NCBI GenBank assembly: GCA_965603825.1
Contig: CBFDEM010000017.1
Coordinates: 494,786 to 558,785, forward strand
Length of the DNA stretch: 64,000 nucleotides
Source: Blepharisma stoltei ATCC 30299
Lineage: Eukaryota; Protista; Ciliophora
Direction of reading: 5' to 3'
A program made the position numbers and the translations under genes. A model generated the notes under the pieces. The model worked only from the letters and a program-made list of their open reading frames with translations, did not search any database and was not told the DNA's origin. This document shows positions 1 to 13,000 of this stretch, one piece after another (the first letter of the stretch is position 1; each line of letters opens with the position of its first letter).

Positions 1-1711
1 GTTAAAATCTTATGAAGACGAAGAAAAAAATTTAATAGAAAATCAGTCAAATGCTGGAGACCATGCAAGTGCTTTAACGCTAAAGTCAAGTAAACACTAT
101 TCAGGACGAGCAAAAAAATTAATTTATAAGGCCAAGAAAAAAATCAGAGTTCTCCAATGGGTGTTATTTCTTGTGGTAAGGAAAATATAGATTTTGACAG
201 TTATCGTTGTGATGATTGCGATTATATTAAATGTGATGAATAATGTGGACCTTACGTCTTCTATGAAAATATTTTACAATCTTGGAGAAATTTTATATTA
301 TTTTGGGGTTTCTGCTGATACTGTGAGGAATCTGAACAAAGAAATAACGATACCAATTGATATTTCTCCACGCATCCAAGGGTTATCTTCAATAGTAAGT
401 GAATTAGAAACTATACAGCTTAATATTCGTTCTGATTTCAATTATTGGCGATTTTGCACAGCAGCTGAAGTTGCTGATAAACCTTTGATCCCATTATGAT
501 CTTTTGACGATGAAAATCCTCAGATTATTTATGAAAATATTTACGACATGATTTCTTTATTTAATTACCATGTAATTTTTATTCAGCTAAAACTTGTCAT
601 TTCTTCAGCCAAAAATAACCAAACCAATATGCAACATGCAAAATTTGTAATAGCTAACGGTATAGGCAAAACCTATGAATTTTTAAATCACACTATTTCA
701 GGCTTAGAAAATTGTGAAGTTGATCATATAGACACCCTCCGCTATGAAATAAGCACCCTGCTTGTTTCTGGCTTTTCTATATTTACAGGCTTAGTTATAA
801 TAATCATTTGATTTATTTTGCTTGCAGCCAAAAAAGAAGACGAGTTTTGAAATTTCATGCTGGAGCATGCACAAATTCCTTTAATGAAATTGAGAAGTGA
901 AGCTATGGACAGGCTCATTCTTGTTCATAATGACGAAATAAATCCAGAAGAACAATCCAATATAAGGAAATTGCATAACAGAAAAAAAGTTAGAACAAAA
1001 ATCGAGATAAAATACGCCTGACGAATTTTGGTATTTTTTATGATTTCTGCGTCATATTATTATTTGGTTTATTTTTATTTATATCCAGAATGCGCAAATT
1101 ATATGGCGAATAGGCCGAAATTACTTAATAATTTCAATATAAAGCGATCATTAGTATCAAGGCTTTCTATTTTTGCAAGAGATGTTTATAATCCTTCATT
1201 TATAAAATTATTCCCAAAATCCTATGATTTTCGGAATTCTAAAGAAATGTTTAATATTACTTCACAAATTCTTTTGGACAAAACCAAAGAAATAAGAGAA
1301 AACAAGTTTATGAGCATGATTTCAGGGGGGCTTAAGCAAAGATTATTTGAGAGCTGTAGCATTATGGGGTCAGAGCTTTATTTTGGCTCAGAAACAGCTA
1401 TAAAACTGACTATTTATGATGGAATTTATATCACATACCAGACCAATATTTCCGGTAAAGCTATGATTGTATATTTAGGAATTCTTGGGGAAATAGAAAA
1501 TGAGGTAGGAGAGGAATTTCAAATTGCTGATGACGATTCTTATGAGATCATCAATAATCAATTGCATGTAATTATAATTGCTACTGTTGTTTATTCAGTT
1601 GCATTGTGCAGCTTGTTTTTGCTATATTATTTGCCGTTTTTTATTTATCAAGCGAGGTACTTAAACAGATTTAATATGTTGCCAACGATCCTAAAGTTAG
1701 GAAGCGAATAA
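1..1711 (+). CDS. R1: PAS/TmcB-like polytopic membrane protein, 5'-partial (linker plus C-terminal four-TM module only); UGA=Trp; 15-nt introns 176-190 and 572-586
   Basis: ORFs 194-499, 548-811 and 1028-1711 share one frame and are separated only by TGA. Family motifs KKKIRVLQW, NCEVD, DEF(W)NF, DRL..H, RPKLLNNFNI and YYLP are present. Introns are gtaaggaaaatatag and gtaatttttattcag. Ends in TAA. Confidence 0.88.
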
Positions 1712-2004
1712 TCCATTATTTCAAGGTAGAATTTGCTTAGTTAAAAACTAAAATTATAAGCCTTTATTTATTAAATTCAGTTTTTATTAAAATTATCACT
1801 AAAATATTTTTATTTACTTAGTTTAAAGTTTAAAAATAATTGTTTTATTTTATCGTAATGGAAAAAAAATATGAAAATTATTCAATAATTTATAAATTTA
1901 AAGGACTATAACTAATAAATATTTGCAAATTTTATATTAAGCTATCTATTAAATACTCCAATATCCTAATGATGTAAATTTCATTATAAAAACTTACACT
2001 TAAA

Positions 2005-2856
2005 TTAAATGGGATTGACCTATTGCAGTCCTCTGTGAACTTTTTTGCCCATGTGTCGGCTGTTTGAATCCTCTCTTTGATTTTACCTGTAATTTCCTTT
2101 CTATTTCATTGACTCTCTCAGCTGCCATTTCTCGTGAAAGACCTTAACTGCTAGGTCTATTCTGACTAATTGTTCATTTTGCTTTCCTCCCTCAAAATTT
2201 TCATCTCTCTTTCAAATTCCTCTCTGCATAGTAACGTCTTGGCTCAGTTGCCTCCCGCCTATTCGAAAACTTTCTCCATTTCTGCATTATTTCCTGCTTC
2301 GGCTTCTGCCTAAAATTCTTCTTCTTCCATTTCTGCTTATCCTCTGCTTCAATTTCAGCATCAAAATCTGCTTCATTTTCAGCTCAGATTTTGCTTCAAG
2401 TTCTGCTTTAATACTGCTTTCTTTCCTGATTTCTGCTCCCCTTTCTGCCTCTGATCCTGCTCCAGCTCTTGATTATTCCCCATTGTTGGTCTTTTTGGAT
2501 CTCCTTCTGATTTAGTCTCTCATTCGAGGTAGCCAATTCAATTGGCATCATATTCACTCTCTCGAGAATCTGAACACTTTCCCCTTTATTCAGTGTCTCC
2601 CCTTCAGTTCTCAGTGTTGCTAGCACCCATTCTTCGTAGTCTAGCTCTAAAGAATCTTCCTCGAGCTCCCATTCGCTCTCATAATTTTCTCCGCTATCAA
2701 GAATCTCATCGACTTCATTTTAGGAGCTCATCATCATAAAATAGCAATGCATCATCAAAGTCAGCATAATCTAGTCGCTTCCTGACATGCACAATCTTTG
2801 GCTGTAAGCCAAGGCAGCTCCTTCTTGTTTCACACACCAGACCTATTCTCCTCCAT
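2005..2856 (-). pseudogene. Frameshifted E/K-rich (coiled-coil-like) gene remnant, unrelated to the R family
   Basis: Purine-rich minus strand with an ATG at 2856. Stretches such as EILDSGENYESEWELEEDSLELDYEEW and AELEAKSELKM/EAEDKQKWKKK switch frames and are broken by TAA/TAG. Confidence 0.45.
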
Positions 2857-2900
2857 TTATACAAATTAAAAATAATTTCATTATAAACACCTATTATAAT

Positions 2901-5900
2901 TTAATCATATTTTTCTGGCAAAATCTTCGGCAGCACTGAAAAAAGATTGAGCTGTTTAATTTGATTTTTCATGTACGGCAAATAATAAAAGAAATATAGC
3001 ACACCCAAGGCTACAGAATAAATAACTGTTGTATATATAATAACATTCAGCTGCTCCTGAATAGCATTCTTCGAGTCCCTATCAGCCAAGTCAAATTCTT
3101 CCCCAATTTCATCTTGGATAGTTTTCCCCATTTTTGAAAAGAAAATCCATTCATCATCTGTCACTTCACCTAAATTTTCAAAATTTTCAGTGTCGCCAAT
3201 AACCATGTCAAAAGCTGGCTGAGTCCCTTTATTAAGCCACCAATAAGGTGAGTCATTTTTTGCAAACATTTTTTCTTTTAATTCATGTGACAGCAAATCT
3301 AGATATCTTCCTTCTCGAATTTCATTATTTCTTTGTGTAAGCTGGCATAATGTTTGGTCTAAAATTAGCTCTGAATTTGGGAAAGCGTAAAGTTCTGGCA
3401 GATAATTATATGTATAATTAAATAAAATTTCTCTAGAAAAAACAGTTGCCCTTGACAATAAAGATCTTCGGATAATAAAGTTATCAAGTATATGAGGACG
3501 ATGCATCATCATTGTGTCTAGATTTGGGTATAAATAATTGAAAATTAATAAATAATAAGATGCTGCTATAGTAAAAAGAAGCATTAATCTAATAAAGTAC
3601 TGTAAATATAAAGTTCCTTTAACTTCTCTTTTATGGCTACTTTTTCTTTTGTTTTCTGATCCTGTCTCCACAGCTTTATCAACTCCATGTATGGTGGCTA
3701 GTCTATCTAATGCTGCACATTTTAGCTTAAAAATCGGTCACTGTGCATTATTTAGGCAATAATTTCAAAATTCGTCATATTTTCTGGATATAAGTATGAT
3801 ATACCCCATAATCACTAATATTAAAATCCCAAGAGCAAAAATTCCACATATTAAAAGAATGTTTATAGTGCTCCCAGTGCTTGCTACTCTGTCAATTTCA
3901 CATGTAACTAGCCCATTTATTGTTATATTTGAGTAATAAAATAAGCTTCCAAGTCCATTCATAAACAAAAACTTTGCGTGGTCTTGAAAATTTCTCTTGC
4001 CTTCGACTTCAGATAATAAACTTTGCCCCTGAATAAAAAATACATTATAAATGAATATTCCTATGGCGTCATACAGATTATAATATAAGTCAATTGGCTC
4101 CTTGTGGTCAAAAATTCATATTGGAATTATTGAATTATAAACAATTTTTTGACTATCACAGTCAGACCATTGACTAAAATCAGCTAATAGGGTATCTTGG
4201 ATTATTTCGAAATCTTGATTTAAATTTTTTAAGTTTTCTAAAGCATCTTCGAGAAGATCGTAGTGATTTTTTGCAATTAATCTGTTTATAGTAAGTGCTA
4301 AATCAGCTGAATACCCAAAATCATAAATTAGCTGTCCAAATTTCTTAAAAGAGCTTAATGCATTTGTATGAGACACATCATTTTTCATATAAACTAAAAT
4401 AGCAGCAACAATGACAATGACAGATGAAACCTAAATATTTCTTACAATTAAAAATAATACCCATTGCAAAATTCTAATTTTTTTAACTGAGTCAGAAATT
4501 AGCTGTTGTGCAGTGCTTGCCAAGATATTTTTATTTTTTTTTGTTACAGAGACTTTTGAAAAGTTGTCAGAATTTTCTGATTTTTTTTCATATTGTACGC
4601 TCTCTTCCTCTATTTTTTCCTGAGAATTTACATTCAGCATCCCAACAGATTCAGTTTCATTTTTATCAAAAGATTTTGCTATTGCAGAAAGGGTGCTTAA
4701 TGTATGGAATTTCATTTCTGATTTTTTCAAATTATCTACAGTAAGAAAGCTAGATTCTTCATCTTCGAACATCTGAAAAGTCCCGAATTGTGCAATTGCT
4801 TCGTGATGCTGTCCATTTTTTCATTTAAAGATTTCTTTTTCATCGTGAATTATCATCACTATACTAAGAGTTGTGGACAGCATTTGCTTTTTAATTTTGA
4901 CAAGAATTAGCTCTGTATTTCTGAATGGGATCAGCCAAGGTTCAAAATCATGCATTTTTTCTATTGAAAGCATCGGAATAATATCAGAAATGTTTTTGTT
5001 TTTTAAGTGCCTGCCTTGATATTCTAAATAAAATGAAAACATTTCAGTGTGAGCTATTATAGTTCCTTCATGAGTAGTTATTGCTAATTCTCTTATAACT
5101 GGTCTAGGCTTAAAAGAAACTAAAAAATAAGAGCAGTTATGGAATGCAGTCAATGTGATTAGCATATTGCATTCAAATAAAAACCCTCCAAAGTTCTGTA
5201 AGAATAATTTTTCATGGCAAGGTATATCTATTGATTGACATTCCGCAATAAACCTTTTCATATTATTTTCATGCTTTGCATCAAAAGGTTGAGGAATAAA
5301 ATTAATTATTGACGAGCCCAGGATATTTCCTATTGATGTTTTTAAAAATTGGGAAGCTTTATCATTTATATGTACAATTCTCCCAAAAAAATCGTCAGAG
5401 CATGATACAAGAATTGTTGCTAGGTCTTTTCCATAATTTTTTAAGTTATTTGCATCATGACGGTTAGAAAAATTTATGCTGTTTTTCTTTCTTAAAATAA
5501 AATTTGCTTCTTCATTATCATTGAGCATGTCATCAAGATAGCTTGAATAAATATCAAAGGCTTCAGGATTTTGATGCTTTTCTAATAAGTTTTTGTATCC
5601 ATCTGATATATAAAATATATGCTGCGCTGCCCTTTTCGTTAAGTTTACTAATTTCTCTATCCTTGGCAGTCTTAATGAAAATTCACCTTGCAGTTCAGCC
5701 AAAATAAAGCAAAGCTCTTCATCTTGATTTTTGATTCTGCTAAAATTTTTTAAATATTCCAGATAATCTGTATCAGCAAATAGTGCGTGTTTTTTCCTCA
5801 CAAGCCAATTAAATAATCTTCATTCTTGCACATCTCCTTCAAATGAAGATTTTGCATTTGCAATTTTTGAGAGCTTTACTCTTGCCAATCTCTCATCTTT

Positions 5901-7133
5901 TAATGTATAAAGACAAAAATTAAATTCCCATGTCACAAAAAGCTTGTCTTTAATAAAATGGCTTTCTCTTCAATATCCTAAAAATAGGCTTAAAACTTCT
6001 AATTTGTCATCAGGGTTCCCTTCTGCTAGTAAATGCCTAAAGGTTTTTTCAAATTCGTACTGATTTTTAGGATTCTTGTGTAAATTTGGTAAATTTTTAT
6101 ATCTTCTTCTAATTATTCTTATAGTAAAATAAAGCAAAACGGGAGTTAAAATTACTGTCAAAAACATCAAAATTTCTGCGTTGTCCACAATTATGGCAAA
6201 AATAAAAAATAAAATTGAAGACGAAACTGTAACCATTTTGCAAGCTTGAATAGAGTTTTCAATGGTATTGAAATATTGCATAGAATAAATGATACGTAAA
6301 TATAAGATAAATGATAAAAAAAACACAGCAATTTGGAAAGCAAAAGAGTAGTCTGAATTCCCAAAAATGACGTATAGAATAGTCATGGAAACATAATATA
6401 CTCTTCTTTCTAGGTCAAATCAGGCACACGACCTTGCTTTTAAATTTTTTTTTGAATGGGTGTGCCGTATATCACACGTAAAAGCTTCAGCAAAACAATT
6501 AACAAAAAGTAATGCAAAAATATGAAAAAGACCAAGAAAAACGCCTAAAGGCCCATATTGATACACGCTGGAAGAGATTCCTCCAGTATATTCTTGAATA
6601 ATACTAATGTCAACTGTAGAATATTTTATAACCATAACAAACATCATTGAGCTGGGGATTATACAAACTGTCGTTAAAAGCATTGCAAATTTTCTGGGTA
6701 AAATAGAAATAATTAATGGGACGTCTTTTCTCATATAAATATAAAGTCAAAAGGCTGCAAAAGAGGACAAGCATGAGCATATCAAAAATATAGTTCCATA
6801 TAAACAAAAATCCATGATATCAAAATAGGCACATATTTCGTCGTAGCTAGCATACGCAATGATCTGTCAGAAATCTATATAAGAGCTTCATCCAGCAGCC
6901 TTCATAGCTGGAGATCACCATAAGGGTGATAATTGGAGAACAATAATTATATTGATTACCACTTCATAAAAAATTTGCATTCTAAATTTTATTTTATCAC
7001 TGTATTTAGTTTTAAAAAGCTGTCCAAAAAATCCGTAAAGGTACTCTTTTACTTTGTTTGAAAATAATGATTGCGATAAAAAACCTTGAATATCGATGTT
7101 TTCTTTTTCTGCAATATTGAGGTCACCAGACAT
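2901..7133 (-). CDS. R2: PAS/TmcB-like polytopic membrane protein (~1400 aa), subfamily A; introns 4431-4445 and 4029-4043
   Basis: Eight minus-strand ORFs in one frame, joined by TGA=Trp and two 15-nt introns (gtaagaaatatttag, gtattttttattcag). Start MSGDL chosen by alignment with paralogs; an upstream ATG at 7166 is possible. PAS core IPQPFDAKH. TAA stop. Confidence 0.9.
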
Positions 7134-7509
7134 TAGCTTTTTATAAATTTTTATAAATGAATACATTTATTAATATTATTTCGCGACCAGAAATTAAATT
7201 GCATGTTCTTTTTTTTGTGGGATTAAGCACAGAGTTTCATAAATTGAGCTATTATATAAAAGTGCAGCAAGGAATGTTTTCTGAATAAATAAAGAAGATA
7301 AATTCAGAAATTTCTGGAAAAGCTCTTTGGATTTCTTATGGCCAGCAATTTTTGAAAATTAATAAAAATTATAATAATTCTTTATGTAAAATAATTTAAA
7401 TATAAATCCACGCTTTAATTTGATTTAATTTTTACATTATATATTTGAAATTTACAATTTAATTGTTTTAAGTTGCCTATTATTTCATTTTTATAGCAAT
7501 ATTGGGTAT

Positions 7510-9070
7510 CTAAGTCTAAGACCTTTGCAAAACAGAAAATCTTTAACCTTCTTTGCATAGCAATTTTAAAATATGGAATATAGTAAAAGAATAAAGCACT
7601 GTTATAATGATTATATCCCCAAACAGCTATTTATAGTGTTTTAGAGTCATCTTCTGCAAGTAAAAACTCTTCACAAAGCTTCTTTCTAACTGATTTAACT
7701 TTTGCTGTATATTGATATAGCTCAGCTATATTAAATGCATTTGAAAGGGCTAAATCTTGCATCCAATTTGCAATGTCGTTCAATGTAGCTGCCATAATTT
7801 AAAATATCGTTTTGAATTTATTTATTATTATTACTTTCTTAAATTTTTGGAATAATTCTTTTGACATTAATATGGAAAAATTTTCATTTCTAGAACTTCT
7901 ATTTTCAACTCCAATAATTCGGCAGTATGATTTGCAGATATATGAGGGGAAATTATAAAAGTCATTAAATATTTATCATATAGGTGCTTATGATTTCTTT
8001 AGTGAAATAGCTTTGATATTAAAGCTTGCCTAATATTAAAATTATCTAAAAACAAATGACACTTTACTATCGAATATTTTTAAATTGGTAAGATATGATT
8101 AATAATAAGAGGTTTCTACAAGCGAAAAAATAACTGTTCTTTATTTAATTTTTATATGAATTTAATTTATAACTTTTCCTTATAGAAAACGTGAAATTTT
8201 CTTCAAGCATTGATCTCTCTCTATTTGAATTACAGAGCAGGATTTGATAATAATATTTTTTGAACAGCTAACTGAACAGAGCAGTGCTAAATCTCTTCAG
8301 ATAAAGATAAAATCTGCCCTATTTTTAAGCTGTAATTGCTTCTAATCTCTATTGCAAAACTACAATGCATTTAATAACTAAAAATAATGAGGACACAAAA
8401 ATAAAAATCTCATAATAAATAATGTTTTTATTACCAAAATTAGAATAAAAAACAATATAAAATTTTTTATTTGCATGTCATAAAAAAAATATTCCAGATA
8501 AAATTAATAAAAATTATAGCAAACATCCAAACTACTGAAGATGCTGCGTCTGTGGTGTTCTTCTGCAAAGTTTTATTATCAATTTTTGTGCCATATTCCT
8601 CTATGTTATTCTCTTTAATTATGGAATATTAAAAATAATCAAATAAATCAGTAAATTAGATATAAAACAAATTGCTGATAAACTTGAATAATATATCTAG
8701 ACAGTAAGCAAAATATTTCAGGAAGTCTTAGCTAAAAGAAAAAGCTCAAAATATTAAAAAAATAACTCTCAGTCATTATATAGATGTAGTTCCATAAAAA
8801 AAAAGTCTGTTGTGCTTTCTTCTTCACATAAAAGGTCATAATTTAAGTAGCCTATGAGCTTTCAGAATTTTCCCAGCTTTTCCATCCAGAAATATCTAAA
8901 TTCGAATATCAAGCTAATGAGACAGCTTGCAATGCTGGTATAGCATTTAATTTTTTGTTGATTTCAATATGCACTCAGACTTGAAAAAATGACTCAAAGA
9001 TTTATTAGTCTCGCATTCTATTTTTCTAGTAAATCTTGGCTTTGCAAAAATTGTATTGATTTCATTAATA
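7510..9070 (-). pseudogene. Decayed, internally deleted R-family copy
   Basis: Minus strand retains N-terminal motifs (LQAVSLA(W)YSNLDISGWKSW ~8870-8935; DF..FYGT ~8780-8810) and C-terminal motifs (LDNFNIRQ ~8025-8050; EEFLLAEDDSK ~7640-7673; LFFYYIPYF ~7565-7595). Many stops and frameshifts. PAS region not seen. Confidence 0.7.
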
Positions 9071-10033
9071 TCCTTATCACAAAGCTATGTTTTGATATGC
9101 TTTTAATTCTTTTTAATAACGCGATCCACTCAAATTTAAGAAAAATCATTAATTTTTTATCAAACTAAAGATATAAATAAACAAATTGAAAAAGCTTATT
9201 TTCTTAGGATTAAAAAATTACTTTAAAAACTACTTTTCTAAAGTTACCAAAAATTAAGGCGTTTAATTGAACAGATCTGAGATGAAATATTGAAATTCTG
9301 AGTTATAGCATTTTACTAATTGTGATGCAATTAATTTATAAATTAATACGCCATTTATTTATTAGTAATTTGAACTAAGTTATATTTATACTCTTAAAAA
9401 TAATCTGCATAATTTAGCATTTATCCGATATCTATATACAGAAGATTGCCTTATCTAATTGCTGGTATGTCCTTTATAAAAGATAAAAGTTGATAAAAAG
9501 AAATCTTTAATATTAATCTAAAAAAAAATCAAATACGGGTGCAAAAGAATTAGATCAATTAAAAGCCTATAAAAATTTTAAATTTTAATGCTTTCTGGGT
9601 ATTAATTGCTATTCCAGTCAATACAAAAAAAAATCTTTCCTCCTTTTGCGACTATAATTTTGGCTAAAACTTCAATTATATTTGGGAGCAAGCAATTTTT
9701 AAGCAAGAAAAATCAAATTTAGCATGACTCCATATCTAAAATAGCTTAAACGGTATTTGAGCAGATTCAATAGTCAGCGCCTAAGAAACATAAGGCTAGA
9801 AGTGTTATTTTATCAACTATAGCTCGCTGGATCTCTAGTTAATTTGAAATTATGACATATTTCAATATATCACATCTTTATAAATTATTTTATATGTGAA
9901 AGCTTTTATTACCTAGCAGTTTATTTCTATATAGTCAAATTTGCAAAACAAAATCGATAATTTTAATATTCATGAGGCAAACTGAAATTGACCAATTTTA
10001 AATGCATTACTGATACTAATAATAAAAAAAATC

Positions 10034-13000
10034 ATGATTGGCGACATAGACTTGACTGAAAAAGATAGTTCAGACTTCAATATGTTTTTATCTCAAGCTT
10101 TATTTGCAAGCAAAACCAAAGAATACCTTTATGGCTTCTTTGGACAGCTTTTCAAGGCAAAATACAGCCACAAAGTAAAATTCCGAACACAGCTGTTTTA
10201 TGAAATTCTTATCAATTTTATCATTATTCTGCAGCTGTCTCCTTTATGGTGATCTCCATCTATGAAAGCTTCTGGATGAAGCTCATATATAGATTTCTGG
10301 CAGGACATTGCCTATGTAAGCTATGACGAAGTTTGCGCTTATTACTCTATTATGAATTTTTGCCTTTATGGGACAATTATATTAATAGGATCTTGCATCG
10401 GGTCATTTGCAATATTTGGATTTTATATTTACTGAGGAAAAGAAATCCCTATGATACTTTCCATTTTGCCAAGAAAAATAGCAATGCTAATTACTAATGT
10501 TTTAGTTATTCCAAGCACCATGATTTTTGCTATGCTAATAAAATATTCAGTAGCTAAATATAGCAAAATCCAAGAATACGCTGGAGATATAAGCGCCAGC
10601 GTCTATGAATATGGATATTTAGGCGTTTTTATTGGCCTTTTTTTTCTTTCCTGTTTAATTTTTGTTACACTTTTTAGCGAGTCTTTTAGCTGCGATATGA
10701 AGCATTCCCACTCAAAAAAGAATATAAAAGCTCGGTCTTGTGCAAGTTTTGACTTATGGAGAAGATGGTTTTATATGTCAATGAGCATCCTATATATTAT
10801 TTTTGGGAATTCTGAACACTCATTGGCTTATCAAATCGTTATATTTTTAGAAGCATTGTACTTTTTCTATATATGCGTCCAATCAGGGCAGTATTTTAAT
10901 ATAATAGAAAACTCTATTCAGGCTTGCAAGCTTGCGATAATTGCTTCAATCTTATTATTTTTCATTTTTGCACAAATTATGGACAGTGCTCTGATAATAA
11001 CGTATTTTACACTGTTCATAGAACCAATTGTTATATATTTGACTGCCAGAATAATACACAAAAAATATCAAAATATGTCAAATAATAAAAATCTTCCAAG
11101 AAATCAGTATGAATTTGAAAGAAAATATCGCCACTTGCTGATTGACAAGAGCATTTGTGAAAAATCAGAAGTTTTGCATTTATTTTTAAAATTTTGAAGA
11201 GAAAGTCAGTTTACAAAAGACAAACTATTTGTGATATGGGAATTCAATTTTTGCCTTGACATTATGAATGACGAAAGACTAGCCAGAATAAAACTCTCAA
11301 AAATTGCCAATGCCAAACCCTCATTTGAAGGAGATATACAAGAATGAAGGCTATTTAATTGGCTTGTAAGAAAAAAACACATATCATTTCCTGATACAAG
11401 TTATTTGGAATATTTAAAAGAATTCAGCAGAACCAGAAGCCAAGACGAAGAGCTCTGCATGATTTTGTCTGAGCTCCAGGCAGAATTCTCATTAAAAGTC
11501 CCTAGGATCCAGAAATTGGTAAATTTGGCAAGGAGATCGGCCCAGCATATTTTATATGTGTCAGATGGGTATAAAAATTTGATAGAAAAATACAAAAAAT
11601 TGGAGTCTTATGAAATATATTCAAGCTATCTCAGTGATATTTTGAGTGACCAAGAAGAAGCAAAATTTATTATCAGAAAGAAAAACGGGATTAATTTTTT
11701 TAATGTTCATAGTGAAGATAAAGGATTGGAAAGCTATGGCAAAGATTTAGCAACTATCCTAGTGTCTTGCTCAGATGAGTCTTTTGGGAGTATTGTATAT
11801 ATCAATGAAAAGGCTGCGCAGCTGCTTAAAGCGTCAATAGGAAATATTATGGGATCTTCTATTATGAACTATATTCCTCAGCCATATGACAAAATGCATG
11901 AAAATTTCATGAGAAATTTTATACTTGAATGTAGCTCAATAGAACTGTCCTCTCACAGTAAACTATTTTTCCAGAGCCACGCTGGATTTATAGTAGAAAG
12001 CAGTTTTTTAATCAAATTGACCGCTTTTCACAATTGTTCGTATTTCCTAATATCTTTCAAGCCTAGAACCAATATAAGAGAAATAGCCTTGGTTTCTAAC
12101 GAAGGCTATATAATTGCGCATAGTGAGATGTTTTCGTTTTACCTAACAAATGAAGTCAAAATTATAAAAAATAAAAATTTATCAGAAGTTTTGCCTCTTG
12201 GCGATATAGAAAAAATGAAGGATTTTGAGCCATGGCTGCTCCCATATAAAGACCGAGAATTGATTCTGCTTAAAATCAAAAAAGCTATAAAAAACTCATC
12301 TCTTAATATCATTATCCTGATCCACGATGCAAATGAAATTAAAAAATGGAAAGAAGGGGAACCTCACGATATTCTTACGCATTTAAAATCATTTCAAATG
12401 CTTGAAGACGATGACGAAACTAATAAACCAACGCTAAGCCCAATAAATCCAAAAGCTTTACGTGAAGTAAAATTCCAAACAATTACCGATTTTCCTATTA
12501 CCACAAAAGTCATGGACAAGTCTGACACAGACATTTTCTCCCCCTCACATGGGGATTTTCACGAAAAAACCTTCCAATCAAGTGAAGCTTTTGAGAAAAA
12601 ATCAAATTCATCAAAATATTCCTCATCAAAAAGCACAGGAAATGATTTATTAAACCGCGCAAATATGCTCATATTTAACACCAAGCGAAAAATAAGAGTA
12701 TTGCAGCTAGTTCTGTTTTTAGTCGTAATAAATATTTAGATGTCGTCAGTCATAATCACAGTTGCTGCAATTCTTGTCTATATGGAAAACGACGTGTCTC
12801 ATACAAATGCATTAAGCTCTTTTAAGAATTTTGGGCAGCTTGTATATGATTTTGGGTATTCTGCAGATTTATCATTAACATTGGACACATTAATTAAAAA
12901 TAAAAGTTCTGAAGAAAATATAAATACTGCAATAGATAATTTGCAAAATCTTGTACAAGACTTAGAAAACCTACAAAATTCCCTTTTTGACGATTTTAAA

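Noticed and set aside
497-499. TGA as selenocysteine or programmed readthrough
   Set aside because: TGAs are numerous and mostly align with TGG/Trp, not Cys, in paralogs.
11750-12060. LOV blue-light photoreceptor interpretation of the PAS domain
   Set aside because: The GxNCRFLQ flavin-adduct motif is absent in all copies.
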